Below are positions 10,201 to 20,443 of a DNA stretch of 64,000 bases, piece by piece (position 1 is the first letter of the stretch; each line of letters begins with the position of its first letter). The notes under the pieces were generated by a model, which saw nothing but the letters and a program-made list of their open reading frames with translations, was not told where the DNA came from and did no database searches. The stretch is from Amphiscolops sp. MND2022 (Eukaryota): NCBI GenBank assembly GCA_964187785.1, contig OZ076409.1, forward strand, positions 27,964,001-28,028,000. The letters run 5' to 3'. The translations under genes were made by a program, and so were the position numbers.

Positions 10201-12444
10201 CCTGCACTCTGGAATGCCTGCGACTATGTATTACAGTTCAAGTTTCGAATTATGCACGTAGCAGGCTCCCAAAACACAGCAGCAGATTTTCTTTCAAGAC
10301 TTGAACTTACACCGAAAGAAAAGGTACAACTTAAATTACGAGACGACATCCTAACGTCCCCAATCGAGGTCAACCTACAATCATCAGATGTGGCTGACGA
10401 AGAACAACTTTTCTTCCTACCCGATGAAGAAGATGAATCTGAACAAGAAATTTTTGCCCGAAAAGCACTCAGCAAACGACGCGCCCTAGACGAACATGAG
10501 AAAGAACTATCAACAAAAGTAACCGAAGTCATCAAGATACCACTCAACTCCGCAGTCTACTCCTTCGGCGCAATTAAGGAAAATGCACGGATCAGAAACG
10601 AACAGGACGCAGACCCTCTCCTCAAAGCACTGAAACAGCGGATCTCACACGAAGAATATGACAAACACCTTCTCAAAACTGAGCCGCGAGGACGAAACCT
10701 ATTACGCCACGAAGAACGAATCATAATGAAAGATGGAGTTCTGATGCGAAAATACTATGGAGAAGACGGATCAGTCACCCATAATCAAATTATAATTCCG
10801 AAACACCTAGTCCCAGAACTCTTGGCCACTCTACATGGAAAAACAAATAAACACCCAGGAATCACGAAAATGATACAAGAATGCAGAGCGAAATACTACT
10901 TCCCGGGTCTTGCACGTAAAATCAGGGCTTGGGTAACTAGCTGTCAAGACTGCATTGCCAATAAAAGAATTGACACAAGACAAATACGCCCCAAAATGCT
11001 AAGCAACACTGAGTTCACAATGGGACCAGAAGACTGTCTAGAAGTAGACATCCTACCAAATCTACCTTCCTCAAATGGATACCAGCACATCATAACGATG
11101 ATGGATGTTTTTTCGCGTTACCTTTTTGCTTACCCGACACAGGACATGACAGCCAAAACAGTTGCACGATGCATAATAGACGTCATGACACGACACTGCT
11201 ACCTGCCGACCGTCATTCTAACGGATAAAGGATCACAATTCAGGTCAGAAGTAGTCAATCAAATAACACAAACACTGGACATACGGATAAGCCACGCATC
11301 GACGAAACACGCTCAAACAATTGGCATCCTAGAAAGGACTCATGCCTCTTTGAAAACCTCACTAAAGATATCAACGGGAGAACGACGCTCTATGTGGCAT
11401 AAATATGTCCAGATTGCGGTCATGAACTACAATACGAGCTATCATGAAAGCCTAGGTTGTGAACCTACAACAGTATTTCACGGACGCATACCGTACAACA
11501 TCCTAGACATAAAACTTGGATTGAAACCTGAATGGAAAAAAGATAACAACGAAGAACTGACGGATCAACTACAAAAACAAATATCCGAAATACACCAAGC
11601 CGCCAAAGAAAATCTAATGCAGTCCTACTTAAAGTACAAACAGTACTACGACAAGAAAGCGACAGCAACGCCACTCAAAGTCAACGACTATTGCTACGTC
11701 CTTAATCCGAAGGCAGATAACCAGTCAATGAAATTCGCCTTCAAAGATTGCATCTGGACAGGCCCGTACATAGTCGTCAAAGTATTGTCAAACAACAACT
11801 ACGTCGTACGTCGCACGGGAACCCGATATACGCAAACCCTCCATAGAATTCGCCTAAGGCTATATGCGCCCAATCAGCGAATACCTGACGTAACAGTCAG
11901 AAGGGAAGATTACCTTCCAGACCCAGAGGTTAAAACAACCCACAATGATTGGTACGCGCAAGCTTGGGAAACTGAATTCGGAGAAGTTCTGTTCGGAAAC
12001 AATACGGAAAACGCCGACAAAGAAGCTACACTTACTGAAATTGAAGACATAACAGGAAACGACGAAATTACAACGGGAAATGATGTGGTTAAAACAACCA
12101 CCAAAGAAAGTATAGTGGAAAATGACGTGGTTAAAACAACCACAAACGAACCTACAACGGAAAACGACGAGGCTCAAACAGCCACGAATGAAAATACTGC
12201 AGAAGATAAAACACCTTCCGACAATATAGCGTCGTTCGACCTAGATGTCAGCGATAACCCATATATTTTGACTCCACCACCGATACACAGCCCTCCCAAA
12301 ACACCCGAATTACCGCCTATTGTCGTTGGATATAACCCCAGAAAAGTGGGAAGATACAACTTACGACCTAATCCGAAACCCAATGTCAATCCCGATTTTC
12401 GAATGCTTGACTCAGTTACTACGGAGGACTCACGTCCAACTTAA
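7153..12444 (+). CDS. pol: Pol polyprotein: protease, reverse transcriptase, RNase H, integrase (first in-frame ATG at 7306)
   Basis: LVDSGA (protease), KLDCSQAY and QYVDD (RT), TDAS (RNase H), HGKTNKHPG...CQDC plus EVD/TDKGSQF/ILER (integrase HHCC and DDE), acidic T-rich tail ending GRYNLRPNP. Confidence 0.96.
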   Translation, partial: KKLKSPRLRFGEKVDARAYTIEDPPNRYEEDFFTECNEEPTQDWQRRWNVGMILRHNARHPDDPTPLPQWITESPDNYATLKRPLPESKTERIYIYDRDYRCDPWDEPTIYDTNKLSFKIQVSNPQAQSTEIMDLPSPPSPILKRTTPSPTVPVTITSTPIDAENIICIEDKTIWQQQQQAARENVDPPVTSPKIAPVTTLMNDDVEITECPSKLPEDLDVIKEFIQHDKNDDYIPLMSSIALKKKKRMLFLPVEFNKVKIDALVDSGAYINAISERDAEKLRQHASQCIVNKAPPPPFKVQYANAELEQPLATYTLRFKIGDYTFEETFIIMNQTSFPIIGLAFLRKHAAILDTAQGTIDFPKIQITMALTDERQKCNPKPIMIKTEAKHTIPAHSTRIIYATIPVSTEHSITGTIQPLPQFDECAKVIVAPAITTARDKKLPIKIANTTDFPYTIATDTKMAELQILKPEETKMIRPVDIAALNLLNEHDDVVTYINALMQIERPEDNEEKFWFPTPEHPGNEQEHSPIQKRILKELRDLAELEKLDPTENEESRNKFLSMFKWTDSLIAGKDRENLEDTIVEFNDIFARHRLDIGMNTQFKVSLTPQDDKPVYTQSLPVPINLKEDLTVELALMHRYGIITTLPFSKYASPIFAQRKPNGKLRLLVDLRKINALIADDYINNNHPVSTLSDAAQHLAGKKLFCKLDCSQAYHCLQMADQRSVELLAFNFASRTFAYRRLAQGLSRALSAFSSFMREYLDSVIKADQCAQYVDDIGIAANTTEQLIKNIRAVFKCIRKAGLKLTIEKCHFGVTQIEFLGRTITPDGVAPQDQKVKNFLSKVRFPKSKKQVQKYIGFVNYYRNYIPRLSEKLIGMYELLKADSKIRISEELVDNFKEINASLAEACGLALRQPIPGKQYVLMTDASFRASGYALMIEENDERKILSKRKTFAPVAFGSRVFSPAQLKMSIYCKEFLAIYHAFLEYSHILWEATIPTLVLTDNRSVTRFFQTKTTPPALWNACDYVLQFKFRIMHVAGSQNTAADFLSRLELTPKEKVQLKLRDDILTSPIEVNLQSSDVADEEQLFFLPDEEDESEQEIFARKALSKRRALDEHEKELSTKVTEVIKIPLNSAVYSFGAIKENARIRNEQDADPLLKALKQRISHEEYDKHLLKTEPRGRNLLRHEERIIMKDGVLMRKYYGEDGSVTHNQIIIPKHLVPELLATLHGKTNKHPGITKMIQECRAKYYFPGLARKIRAWVTSCQDCIANKRIDTRQIRPKMLSNTEFTMGPEDCLEVDILPNLPSSNGYQHIITMMDVFSRYLFAYPTQDMTAKTVARCIIDVMTRHCYLPTVILTDKGSQFRSEVVNQITQTLDIRISHASTKHAQTIGILERTHASLKTSLKISTGERRSMWHKYVQIAVMNYNTSYHESLGCEPTTVFHGRIPYNILDIKLGLKPEWKKDNNEELTDQLQKQISEIHQAAKENLMQSYLKYKQYYDKKATATPLKVNDYCYVLNPKADNQSMKFAFKDCIWTGPYIVVKVLSNNNYVVRRTGTRYTQTLHRIRLRLYAPNQRIPDVTVRREDYLPDPEVKTTHNDWYAQAWETEFGEVLFGNNTENADKEATLTEIEDITGNDEITTGNDVVKTTTKESIVENDVVKTTTNEPTTENDEAQTATNENTAEDKTPSDNIASFDLDVSDNPYILTPPPIHSPPKTPELPPIVVGYNPRKVGRYNLRPNPKPNVNPDFRMLDSVTTEDSRPT

Positions 12445-12604
12445 CACTAGCTAAAAAACTCAACAAACCAAACCGAACCGGAATGGCTACGTCAATTTTT
12501 TCTCAAGATTCTCTAAAACTATATACTCAAAACTAATACAACAAAGATCAGCAGACAATAAAAAGAAAATATAAATACATCAAAGTCTTCAAGGAATCAA
12601 ATCA

Positions 12605-15600
12605 TCAACAGTTTTTGGGCACCTTCTTAGGCTTTGACTGACTACCAGAGCCATCATCATCAGCACCTCGCACAACTTTCTTTCTTCCTTTAGACGAACC
12701 GGCTCCATCACCCGAATTACCACCGGCGTTTTTCTGCGGCTTCCCTTTAGACGAATTAGTAGCAGACTTAGATCCCGACTTTGTTCCGTCATTACTTGAC
12801 TTACTGCCACCAGACTTCACAGAAACAAAACTTGAAGGACCTGTACATTGCTTTTTCCGCTGGATCACAGAACTCAACGAACCACTCGAGCCAGCTGTAT
12901 CGCCACTATCAGATAGCCGGGATATCCGATTTGCATTGTTGTATTCCACATAACGGGCATCGAAGCTTTTCCGGTGCTCTGCAAGGAAAGCAGCAAATAA
13001 GGAACTATACTTCGCAACAAAGGCATCCACATCCTCTCCGCAAAAATCTGTCCACATACTGAAGTCAGACGCTCCAAAGAATCTACCAGCATCTGCGATG
13101 GCCTTCTTCACAACTGCAAGCGTCTGATCACTGAAGAAAGACTGATGCGAATACCCTTCGCTCAATATATAAGACTGCACCAGTTGCACACAGCTCTGAA
13201 AGTCTGCAACACTTAATGCAAACCCAGATAAGTCCAGAGACACGGCAGGATAGCGCGAGACGGACACTCCCGCGACAAGACAACACAACTTGAACACTCG
13301 GAGCAAATGTGGTCGCGACAAGAAACCAACATCACGGAGCAGATACGGCACCACATTCGCGATGTCACCAGCAGACTGCCCTGACGAAGAATGATATCCA
13401 CGCTTTTCCACAATGAAACTTGCATGCTCCTCCAAAGCCGCACTACTTTCGTCCACACTCAGCGAACCACAGGATACAAGAGTACGGCACAAATCCGCAA
13501 ATAGACTAAAAACGGCCACATCATCGCCTTCCAGCATCAACTCTGGGCAGAAGCTACACATTCCCTTAGCAACAACAGAACGTGCATATGTGCTTTCCAG
13601 TAGAATAATGATCAGACGATCAACAAACTGACGACAATGAAGCCGGAAAGCCACATACTCTTTCGTCTTGCCTGCGGATAACTGTTGCCCCAAGTCATGA
13701 TTAGAGAGGAAAGAATCACACGGAACAACAGCGAAATTCCGGACCTTCGCGACGTCCATGTAACGCTCCCAAGCATGAATTTCAGGAAGACCACTGGTGC
13801 TGCGAGTTTTCAAGAGCAGGCAATACACAAAATTGCAAAACTCGCCATAAGCGCGGAAAGCATAATCTGCCTGATCCTGTCGTAATCTGGGGCAATTGTT
13901 GTAGACTAAAACATACACCATGATTCGTATACAACAGAAGAACAACCCTACCCCAACACACAAAAGAGGAAGACAGGAAAGAACAGTCAATAATACGAAC
14001 AAATACGCAGTCAACAACAATCAAAAACAATCCATCAACTCAAAAAGAAACACTCACAAGTATCAAGGATCACTTTTAGCAGACTGAACCGATACGTTAT
14101 CATATTATCGGCAGTTAGCAACCAATCAATCCCCTGGAGCTAAAATACACAACATGATATGACAAAAGCAACACCGCAACTACAGCGGACGGAAGGAACA
14201 ATTTTCACTTACCCGTTCAGCCTTGTCTTTAGCCTCAGGGTTACCAGTACATCGAACAAATGGACGAATTGAAGGCCACAACTCGATCAGATCCGATAGT
14301 ACTTCCCGCAAATCAGTGAATTCCACGTGGCCCTGACGAACACTTTTACAAAGGATGGTCCTCTCCTCCATCCAGGCCTCGTAAATAGCAGTTTTCAAAC
14401 GTAGCACAGTACAATCCACCAGGGAAGTCACCTCCATCATACTGAACACGTCCTGATAGGCTTGCCGGATACAACGAATCAGCATTTCACTGGTGAAGGG
14501 CTGGTACGACACAAAGACGCGACTGTCAGTGCGAGTGTCACTCAAGACACGGACTAAGGACGGACTTCCACCGACTACAGCCAAAGGCAATTTCCCAGAC
14601 GGTAAACTACAGACGACTCGTGCCAAGGGCAGCAACTCTGGTTTTGGCACACGTTGCAGCAACGACTCACATCCGACACACACCTTCTTCAAATAGTTGT
14701 CTTCCCAGAAGAGAACGAAACAACGTTCTACCTCCGTATCTTTTTCGTACTGCAAAGAATACTCCCGAAATTGCCCAATGTTCTTGAACATCACACGCAG
14801 CACTCGGGGAACAAGGCCTTGACACAACACGGACTGAAACAAACACCCAAATCAAAAGAAGAAGGAAGAGAAAATAAAAAACAACACCGGAGAACGAACC
14901 CCACAACAGTACATCTTTGTGGTCACCTAACGGCTTACAAGAAACGGAGCAAATACGACATAACAGAACATCACCCACTAAATGTACCAAACATACAAAA
15001 TACTAACCACAGTCTCTGAACGACTCCACTGTAGAGAGAATTCCGGATCCCGACCGCCCAGAGACGCAAGGAAGTAGCCCCACAAACGACGAACCAACGT
15101 GAAATCACCGCCACTGCGTAACACGTCGCTCAAGCTTGAAACGAGAGTCATCAGTGGCACCTTTGAAGAAGTCTTTGAATGTTTGGGCAACATGTCCTCA
15201 GGGAAAGGAAACTCCCCGCCCAAATCCACGAAGGGCCGCGAAAGGAAGTCGTCCCTCTGATGGGCACTCAGCTCCATGGGCTCCATTAGCTTGTTGAACA
15301 CAGGGAGACCCATGTGCACACGATATGTGACGTCCTGCTCCCAGTGTTTCTTTGACTCAAAATGACGAACAAACTCAGCTGACCCTTTTGAGCCCATCTT
15401 TACGTCTCTTCTGCAAATACGACAATAGAAGAGCTTGGCACTTCCACACTCCGAACCCGTCACGAAATCAGCAAATAACGGATTCAGGGATAACATCCGA
15501 CGATGCAACAACTTCCGACTGCTGTACTTTTTCGTCTTCGGGCGCTCAAGGTGACTCTCCACTTTCTCAACGAGCTCGCTAAAGCCTACAATACGAACAA

Positions 15601-16686
15601 AACCAATCAAACAAATGTAGCACCCAAAACAAACGTCGCCGCAACGTACAACACACCATTCCAACAAGAGGCCAATCACAAATAAACAACTCACCTGTCT
15701 GTATCTGCCGAACAGTACGCTCCTCTACCGTCGAAGCCAACTGACGACCCAGCTGCATCACTTCGGGTGACACGGGAGTTGCCGAGAATGACACGTCTTC
15801 CGCCCCACTCCAACCACTCAAGGTAGCATCAACGTCTGCGGCCCGTGTTGTCCTTTTCAATTTCGGAGACGACTCCATGAATCTTACACTCGTCTTCCGG
15901 AATGGAAACACTTTCGAACCTACAACACAAGAGTGATAAGAAATGGAAACAGAAACCAACAAGTTGAAAACCAGAGCCGCATGTATAAAAAAAAAAAAAA
16001 AAACAACAACAACAACAAAAGAAACCAATCACACAAACACACAACTTACAGACTGGCGTATCCTCTTCGTCTGCAGTCCTTTCTTCCCCTGTGGAGGTGG
16101 TAGCAGCCTCACCTTCATGAGGCTCCACACTGACATCGAAATCGCCCGGAACTACTTCGGACAAATCAGGAGGAACTGCTGGGGAAACATCAACGCCCGG
16201 AACTACTTCGGACAAACCAGGTGGAGCTGTAGAAGAAACATCAACACCCGGAACTACTGAAGATCCAGTAGTAGGATTAGCAGGAAGCAATGTTGTCAAA
16301 ACATCATTGATGGATTGCTCAGGAACCAACACTGAAGACACCGGAGGCAACTTCAAAGAAGTACCCAGCAAAGATAACCCCACGGAAGTAGCAGAGGTCC
16401 CACCCGTAGTGGTAGCGGAAACAACAGCCAAGGAAGTTCCAGGTTGAGTTACTGAAAATCAAGATCTGGTTCAGACGCGTCAGAGTTACGGGTAAGACTA
16501 TAAAAGGCTGATCACCGAAACAAAAATAGTCCTATTACCCAAGAAGTCAGAAAGATTTTACCAACCTGAAGAAGTAACTATAACTTCCGTTTCCGAGGGA
16601 TAAGCGTCGTCTTCAGTGAAGCAGAAGTTAGTCTCATGCCCACTGAGAAAACCAGAGACATCAGGAGGAACAGCGTTTTCACTCAT
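12605..16686 (-). CDS. Spliced antisense accessory gene of element A, 7 exons, about 1109 aa, BED-like zinc finger plus hAT-transposase-like body. Exons: 16686-16566, 16451-16050, 15919-15695, 15585-15008, 14833-14213, 14139-14058, 13905-12605
   Basis: Six GT-AG introns (donors GTTGGT, GTAAGT, GTGAGT, GTTAGT, GTAAGT, GTGAGT; T-rich acceptors) with phases 1,1,1,0,0,1 join five separate ORF-track entries plus two small exons into one 3330-nt stop-free frame. Contains CRIC-x16-H-x5-H. Confidence 0.85.
16145..16257 (-). repeat. 51-bp in-frame tandem repeat (about 2.2 copies) in exon 2 of the antisense gene
   Basis: cccggaactac recurs at 16145, 16196 and 16247; encodes VVPGVDVS...PPxLSE repeats. 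Confidence 0.85.
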
Positions 16687-16719
16687 GGCCAAAGGGACAA
16701 TAGCGATTACCAACGGAAT

Positions 16720-17230
16720 CTAAAAAGGAAAAAGAAATCAACAAGATAGAAATCACGCCGAGTAAAAGTTGACACCCTAAAAGAAATCATTAACGTCATC
16801 CCTACGTAGTTGGAAAAATCATCTAATCTTCAACTTCAGTGAAAGCCTATTATGGCAGTGACGGGACAAAACGTTCCAAAAAGAATACAGATGAATAAAA
16901 GATTCATCAAGAAGCTCTGAAGGAAAGATGGTATTTTGAAAATTACGGAATATGAACGTAGAATATTCGAGAAAAAAATCAATGACGTCATTACGCCATC
17001 AAACGGAAAGAAGAAGAAAGATAAAATTAGAAGCTTTTCTGTGAAGCTTCAACCAATCACTGCGCAGATGAAAGAATTTCCTTTTCCGAACTCGGGACGC
17101 ACCGGAACGAAAACGGAAAAACCGACCAATGGAATTCCGATAAAAATCACGAAGGAAAGAACTTTAAACGGTCATTTGTCGTCCAATTCACATAAAAGCT
17201 TGACCAGCACATTTTTCTTAACGCACAATC
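16720..17230. promoter_or_regulatory. Putative internal bidirectional promoter between the antisense gene and ORF3
   Basis: Spacer between divergent ORFs with a perfect CRE (TGACGTCA, 16983-16990) and CCAAT boxes (17053-17057, 17126-17130). Confidence 0.4.
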
Positions 17231-17282
17231 TTTGCCAACAAGAAAAATTCTTGAAATAAACCTATCTGAAATTTTCAACAAA

Positions 17283-18188
17283 ATGAGCGGATACAGCTTG
17301 GTCATTGATATCTCTTCTGATGAAGAAAACAATCGCACGAGTACTCCGCTGAAAACACTGCCCCTGAATACAATAGGAACGCTAAGTGACTCCTCAGTCG
17401 AAGTTTACCGTGGGAGTGACGCCGATTTAGAATCTACCTTTAGTTCCGATAGCTCCCCGAAGAAATGTGGGCCCACCCCCAAAAAGAAAAAGAAGTTCGG
17501 GCGAGTTACGTTCAACCTGCCGACAGCTAATTCGGACACAGATGACTACTACGAAGAACCACCTTCCCCGCAAGAACAGTACTCTTGGGCAGAAACCGCG
17601 TCCACTCCGAAGAGTAAAATTCCCTTGCTGGGAAATGAAAGAGTCCCGAATACGGTCAGGCTGAATGACTTAAATGAACCCCCGCTAGCAGATCTGGACG
17701 CCCTATACAACTTAGATTTAGAAGACCGTCAGTTCACCGCATCCGCCAGTCGTGGCCGTGGTCTGAAAGCAATGGAATGCCCCAGACAGCCTTCATTCTC
17801 GCCCCGCAGTAAGGAAAACGCTCCCCCTACGGAGGGAAAAGGAAAATGCGACTGCACATTGAGCAACTCGAGCAAGCCAAATGGGCCACCCGAATTTTGT
17901 CCTGCTGTGTGGGCACAAATAGAAAAGGAAAGTCGCGAAATGGAAGAAGAAGAAAAGCTCACGGCCAAAATGAAGGAGGGCAGAGGTCTTGCTCGCGGCA
18001 GACGACTACACAACGGGCGCCCCCCAATCATTATTCGAAAAGAAATCCCACACTGCAACGCTCTACCCTTGTCTTTCGGTTCAAGAGGGGCCCTGTCACG
18101 ACCCGCTCCCGGTCGTAATTTCTATTGCTGCAGCGGAATACCAGGCTTTGGAAGAGGCCGAGGACAAGGCCGAGGTAAACTTTACTAA
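17283..18188 (+). CDS. Extra sense ORF3 of element A (301 aa from the ATG; low complexity, basic NLS-like motif, RG-rich tail); function unknown
   Basis: Long intact ORF (frame open from 17232) with PKKKKKFGR, acidic Ser-rich tracts and GFGRGRGQGRG. Reads through the PPT and ends 95 nt inside the 3' LTR. Confidence 0.6.
   Translation: MSGYSLVIDISSDEENNRTSTPLKTLPLNTIGTLSDSSVEVYRGSDADLESTFSSDSSPKKCGPTPKKKKKFGRVTFNLPTANSDTDDYYEEPPSPQEQYSWAETASTPKSKIPLLGNERVPNTVRLNDLNEPPLADLDALYNLDLEDRQFTASASRGRGLKAMECPRQPSFSPRSKENAPPTEGKGKCDCTLSNSSKPNGPPEFCPAVWAQIEKESREMEEEEKLTAKMKEGRGLARGRRLHNGRPPIIIRKEIPHCNALPLSFGSRGALSRPAPGRNFYCCSGIPGFGRGRGQGRGKLY
18083..18093 (+). promoter_or_regulatory. Short polypurine-tract-like sequence AAGAGGGGccc
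   Basis: Lies immediately upstream of the 3' LTR start (TGT at 18094). Confidence 0.6.
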
Positions 18189-20438
18189 ACTAATTTATTC
18201 TTAAACTAATCTAAAATTCTACTTACAGTACAGCTAAATTGATTGCAGATATTTTTCCGAATACAGAATCTAACGTAAGCGTTACGGAATATTTTCAGAA
18301 ATGACTCTAAACAAGCTAAAACTTCCGGTCTAATGTTTTCACACGCAACGCCGTTTTATTTCCGGTCTCATCTTCTGAATTTTCCATTTCGGTCTAAATA
18401 CTAAATAATCTTGTAAATGGGATCATTTCTTCTGCTCCACACTGAAATGAAAACATTCAAAACAATATTCAACTCCGAGATCCCAACGGAGTCCATACAA
18501 TCTAAAATGAAAGAACATACAGAAATATGGTGGAAATGTATTCCAATATTAAAGTAGTTGTTAAATATCCACTTAATACCGCATCCAAGTGGTTTTAAGT
18601 AAATGTTTACAACGTTATGACAGCGTCACTCAACTAGGTTGGTAACGAGCGTTTCTATTTTTACGGACCAATAGCGTCGCTTGTTGACAGAATTATTTGT
18701 GCCGGTACTAGTTAGATTAAGCTTGGTTGCTAATAGCAACGCTTACTAGCTAAGAGAAAAGAATAGAACCGCCTACGCTTTCCGTTTCCACTCCGCTTAC
18801 TACTGCTGCTCAGCCAAGAGCAATCTCAATGCGTACGGAACACTTACGGAACGGATTGTAAAATTGTATTCTGCTGCTCAGCTATAGGTAATCTTAATAC
18901 GTAGCATCTACGGAGCGGATTGTAAAATCACAAATGAGAAATACTGCTTCAAACGAAATCCAAACGAAGCTTTTTAAATCGATGCTTTTGGAAGATTTAA
19001 GAGTTATGGTTTTTACACAAGGGAAACTGTACTGTAGGGAAGAATGATAGAAAATTGCAATGATGATTTTTACGTTCTGGTTTTTATGTTTTATACTATC
19101 ATCATGATAAATCACTAAAAACACGTTGACATTACGCCTTACTCAGTTCCTCATTAAGGGAACAAATCTACTCGATTTACTACAGCATTTAAAATATCTT
19201 AATGATAATCCTAATATGGGACGTAAGGTCAACGTCAATTCATCGGTTTCAAGTCAATAGTGATAGTAACATTTCTATGATAATGACAATCGAGCTAGTG
19301 ACCAGACTTCGATCATGTTTTGATAAATTTCATGATTATTGTGCAAAGTGTTGAAGTTGCTTTCCATTTATTATGAATATGTTGCGCTCATCTTTGTTGC
19401 ATTACGTTAAAGTCCCGTTTGGGCTTAGTTTTGTGTTTGATGTAAATGATATAGCATACCATTAGTAGGTAATTCATATGTTTGAATTTGGGATTATAAT
19501 TTCAGCATCGTTTGTTCCTTTATACCAAATTTCTACGTTTTTCCTCCGCTTCCAAGTTGATTCAATCCGTCGCGATTACGTCGCCATTTTCGAGTGTCAT
19601 TCTTTTGCTTCGAAATTTAACTTCCCAAGTTGAGAATTGACTAATTGTTCATGCCGGCGTGCCTACGCTGATGGAAATGCAAGCTAGACTTTTGTTTTAC
19701 CGCAATTTTGAGACTCAAACAGGAAGTGAGATTGCATGAACAAAAATGATTTCAACAAATTTTACGGAACGCTGACGTAACTAGGAATTTTGATGCCTGT
19801 TTTTACGACGCGGGACTGAAATGATATGAATCATTAGCGCTTTTTGTTGAACAAACCCAATTTTTGTGATACCTAGGAATTTTTGGGTGAGGAACAAATG
19901 ATGCTGAGAAAGTATAAATATGTAATACATACATGTAAACACACAGTTTTTGAATTGCCTTGTAACAATTAGTTCTGTTCCGTTACTATAACGTATCTAA
20001 AGATCTTTGAAGAATTCAACCTTTCCAAAGATACTTTCTCTCTCTCTCTCTCAATTAAAATGACAACTAGAAGCCAGAAAAGGAAAGCGGTAGCTGAGTT
20101 GGTCTCTGGTGATTTCGAAACCTCTGTAACCGAAAATCTTCCGCCTGAAGCTCTTGTAGCTAGTTCCAGCAAAATCCCTAGGATAGAATCTGAGGACTTA
20201 ACTGAGATAAAAACGTCACTAAGAAAGGAAATTATGTCTGATCTGACTAAAATACTTGCAGAAAATCAAAAGGAAATGCTCAAGCTGATAGCACCTTTAA
20301 ACAAAAAACAGACTGTCCATATGAATACTCAAGACTCGGACTCTGAACCTGAGAACGTCTCCGTCGCAAGAACGTCCACCCCCGTCAAAACCCACACTGC
20401 GACTAACTCTAAAACAACACCAGTAAATAGTCGTAACA
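18094..20438 (+). repeat. 3' LTR of element A (2345 bp)
   Basis: By eye it differs from the 5' LTR by about 3 substitutions and one CT microsatellite unit. Confidence 0.97.
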
Positions 20439-20443
20439 AATGA
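20060..20443 (+). other. LTR-encoded copy of the Gag N-terminus (127 aa), terminated by the TGA inside the TSD
   Basis: Identical to Gag residues 1-126 except H17D. Confidence 0.85.

Larger units (their letters stand above)
3785..20438 (+). mobile_element. Intact full-length Ty3/Gypsy LTR retrotransposon (element A), 16,654 bp
   Basis: Two near-identical LTRs (TGTCACGAC...GTCGTAACA), 5-bp TSD AATGA (3780-3784 and 20439-20443), PBS, PPT-like tract, uninterrupted gag and pol in PR-RT-RH-IN order. Confidence 0.97.

Noticed and set aside
12055..12200. Repeats in the integrase C-terminal tail (NDVVKTTT x2) as a chromodomain or targeting module
   Set aside because: Low-complexity local duplication with no chromodomain aromatic-cage pattern.
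13906..14020. Hydrophobic N-terminus of ORF 12605-14020 suggesting a signal peptide or env gene
   Set aside because: It is the T-rich 3' part of predicted intron 6. The ORF is antisense and has no TM anchor. The same applies to the hydrophobic starts of ORFs 14978-15694, 15579-16028 and 40556-41230.
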